Assembly (NCBI GenBank): GCA_024363285.1
Contig: AP024710.1
Span: 1,169,163-1,193,162 of the forward strand
DNA: 24,000 nt
Source of the DNA: Leptolinea sp. HRD-7
GTDB taxonomy: Bacteria > Chloroflexota > Anaerolineae > Anaerolineales > Anaerolineaceae
Direction: 5' to 3'
Below, piece by piece: positions 22,673-24,000 of this stretch. Made by a program: the position numbers and the translations under genes. The notes under the pieces were generated by a model. It saw only the letters and a list, made by a program, of their open reading frames with translations, had not been told where the DNA came from and did no database searches. Within the stretch, counting starts at the first letter, position 1. Each line of letters starts with the position of its first letter.

Positions 22673-23914
22673 ATGACTGAACAAACACTGACAATGGAAG
22701 ATACTAAAACAACATCACCGCTGAAAACAGTTTTTCGCACACCGGCATTCGTCACCCTGTGGTTGAGCGAGGGGCTATCGATGGTGGGCGACCGTTTGCT
22801 GATGGTGGCGCTGATCAGCCTGGTGTATGACCGTACCGGTTCTGCCGGGGCGGTGGGCCTGTTGATGGTGTTCAAGGCGATACCGGCGCTGCTGCTGGGA
22901 AGCCTGGCAGGCGTGTTCGTTGACCGCTGGGATCGCAAGTGGATCATGGTGGCGGCCAACCTGCTGCAGGGGCTGCTGGTCTTCTGGTTCCCCTTCGCGC
23001 CGGATCTAACGGTGATCTGCGCATTCTATTTCGTCATGTCAGCCGTCAACCAGTTTTTTATGCCGGCGCGGTCATCTGCCATCCCGGATCTGGTTCCGGC
23101 TTCGGCGCTGCTGGCAGCCAATACGTTGTTTGCCATGGCGGTCGTCTTCGCGCTGGCGGCAGGCCCGGCACTGGGCACGCTGGTGATGGATTGGCTGGGC
23201 CGCGATGCCGCTTTTTACCTGGATTCCTTCTCGTTCTTCATACCGGCTGCCGCGGTGGCATTCCTGGCCATCCCACACCAGGCAAACTCTGACGAACACT
23301 TTAATCCAGCTACTGACCTACGTGCAGGATTGGTATTTGCCGCCCGCCAGCCGGCGGTGCTGGCCGCGTTGGCCACCATCACGGCGGCGTTCTTTGTGGT
23401 GGGTACAGTCTCTGTGTCCGGGGTGGTAATCACCCGCGAGGTTCTGCATGCCGAATCGGGTAAGTTCGGGTACCTTATGTCCGGGTTGGGCGGCGGCATG
23501 GTGGTGGGGGCGGTGCTCTCGAATCTGCTCAAGTCCAGGGTATCCGGCGCGAAGGCCGGGTTGGCCGGCGCCGCTGTAATGGGTCTGGCTGTTTGTCTGC
23601 TGCCGCTATCGACCAGCCTGCCCGCTGCCTGCCTGTCTGCCGCGATCATTGGTTTGGGCATGATCTTTGTGCAGATCCACGGGCAGATGCTCTTGCAAAC
23701 TATCGCGCCGGAAATGCGGGGGCGTTTGATGGGTATTTCGCAGACCCTGATGGGCAGCGCCTCATTCCTGGCGTCTGCCGTCGCCGGGTTGATGCTGGAA
23801 AGGTTTTCTGTGACTGCTGTCCTTTGGGTTGTGAGCGTCTGTACAATTATGGTGACAGCTGCCGCGGCCCTGTATTATGAATCGTCCAAAAAAAGAACGG
23901 AGCCTTCGATATGA
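22673..23914 (+). CDS. MFS transporter (MFS_3 / efflux type)
   Basis: 413 aa with about 12 TM. FRTPAFVTLWLSEGLSMVGDRLL and the VDRWDRKW loop. Paralogous to 8832..10079. Confidence 0.85.
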   Translation: MTEQTLTMEDTKTTSPLKTVFRTPAFVTLWLSEGLSMVGDRLLMVALISLVYDRTGSAGAVGLLMVFKAIPALLLGSLAGVFVDRWDRKWIMVAANLLQGLLVFWFPFAPDLTVICAFYFVMSAVNQFFMPARSSAIPDLVPASALLAANTLFAMAVVFALAAGPALGTLVMDWLGRDAAFYLDSFSFFIPAAAVAFLAIPHQANSDEHFNPATDLRAGLVFAARQPAVLAALATITAAFFVVGTVSVSGVVITREVLHAESGKFGYLMSGLGGGMVVGAVLSNLLKSRVSGAKAGLAGAAVMGLAVCLLPLSTSLPAACLSAAIIGLGMIFVQIHGQMLLQTIAPEMRGRLMGISQTLMGSASFLASAVAGLMLERFSVTAVLWVVSVCTIMVTAAAALYYESSKKRTEPSI

Positions 23915-24000
23915 AATACGTAAAAGACCTGAATGAATTGAACCGCGCTGACCTTCCGCTGGCTGGAGGTAAGGGCGCCAACCTGGGCGCGCTGATCAAG
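23911..24000 (+). CDS. PEP-utilising enzyme / pyruvate,water dikinase family protein, N-terminus only (PpsA- or rifampicin-phosphotransferase-like)
   Basis: My own translation from the ATG at 23911: MKYVKDLNELNRADLPLAGGKGANLGALIK. The GGKGANLG motif is typical of the PPDK_N ATP-grasp domain. There is an ATGA start/stop overlap with the MFS gene. The CDS runs off the window end. Confidence 0.7.
   Translation, partial: MKYVKDLNELNRADLPLAGGKGANLGALIK

Noticed and set aside
1-24000. A search for tRNA, rRNA, integrase, toxin-antitoxin, restriction-modification or other defence modules.
   Set aside because: None is recognisable. The two methyltransferases are small-molecule/protein-type class I enzymes with no DNA-MTase motifs (no DPPY/PCQ-type motifs) and no partner nuclease. 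The HicB-like domain has no HicA partner.

Overview
The window reads as a bacterial chromosomal segment, moderately GC-rich and mostly housekeeping or accessory metabolism. The lineage is unknown. A Chloroflexota/Anaerolineae-like origin is only a low-confidence guess from the Pro/Thr-rich anchored proteins and the GerMN and hgcAB content.

Genes in order:
- TrmB-family regulator (partial) and a SAM methyltransferase.
- An autoregulated LacI-family regulator followed by a small operator-controlled ORF.
- A HicB-like/DinB fusion protein and a secreted CHAP hydrolase.
- The mercury-methylation pair hgcA-hgcB.
- A split CN-hydrolase plus NadE NAD synthetase, then an MFS transporter.
- A GerMN-like lipoprotein, an SH3 anchored protein and an SDR.
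- Glutamate dehydrogenase, msrPQ and two uncharacterised membrane proteins.
- A hemerythrin-domain protein and a DUF2177 protein.
- An AT-richer island at about 19.4-21.9 kb.
- A TetR - MFS - PEP-utilising enzyme (partial) cluster with paired palindromic operators.

The island holds nine copies of an 82-84 bp inverted-repeat (REP-doublet/REPIN-like) element. These surround a REP-associated tyrosine transposase (RAYT) gene and a SAM methyltransferase gene.

The two most notable items are the REP/RAYT island, which has a higher-order tandem architecture, and the complete hgcAB pair. I found no rRNA, tRNA, CRISPR array, integrase or recognisable defence system.
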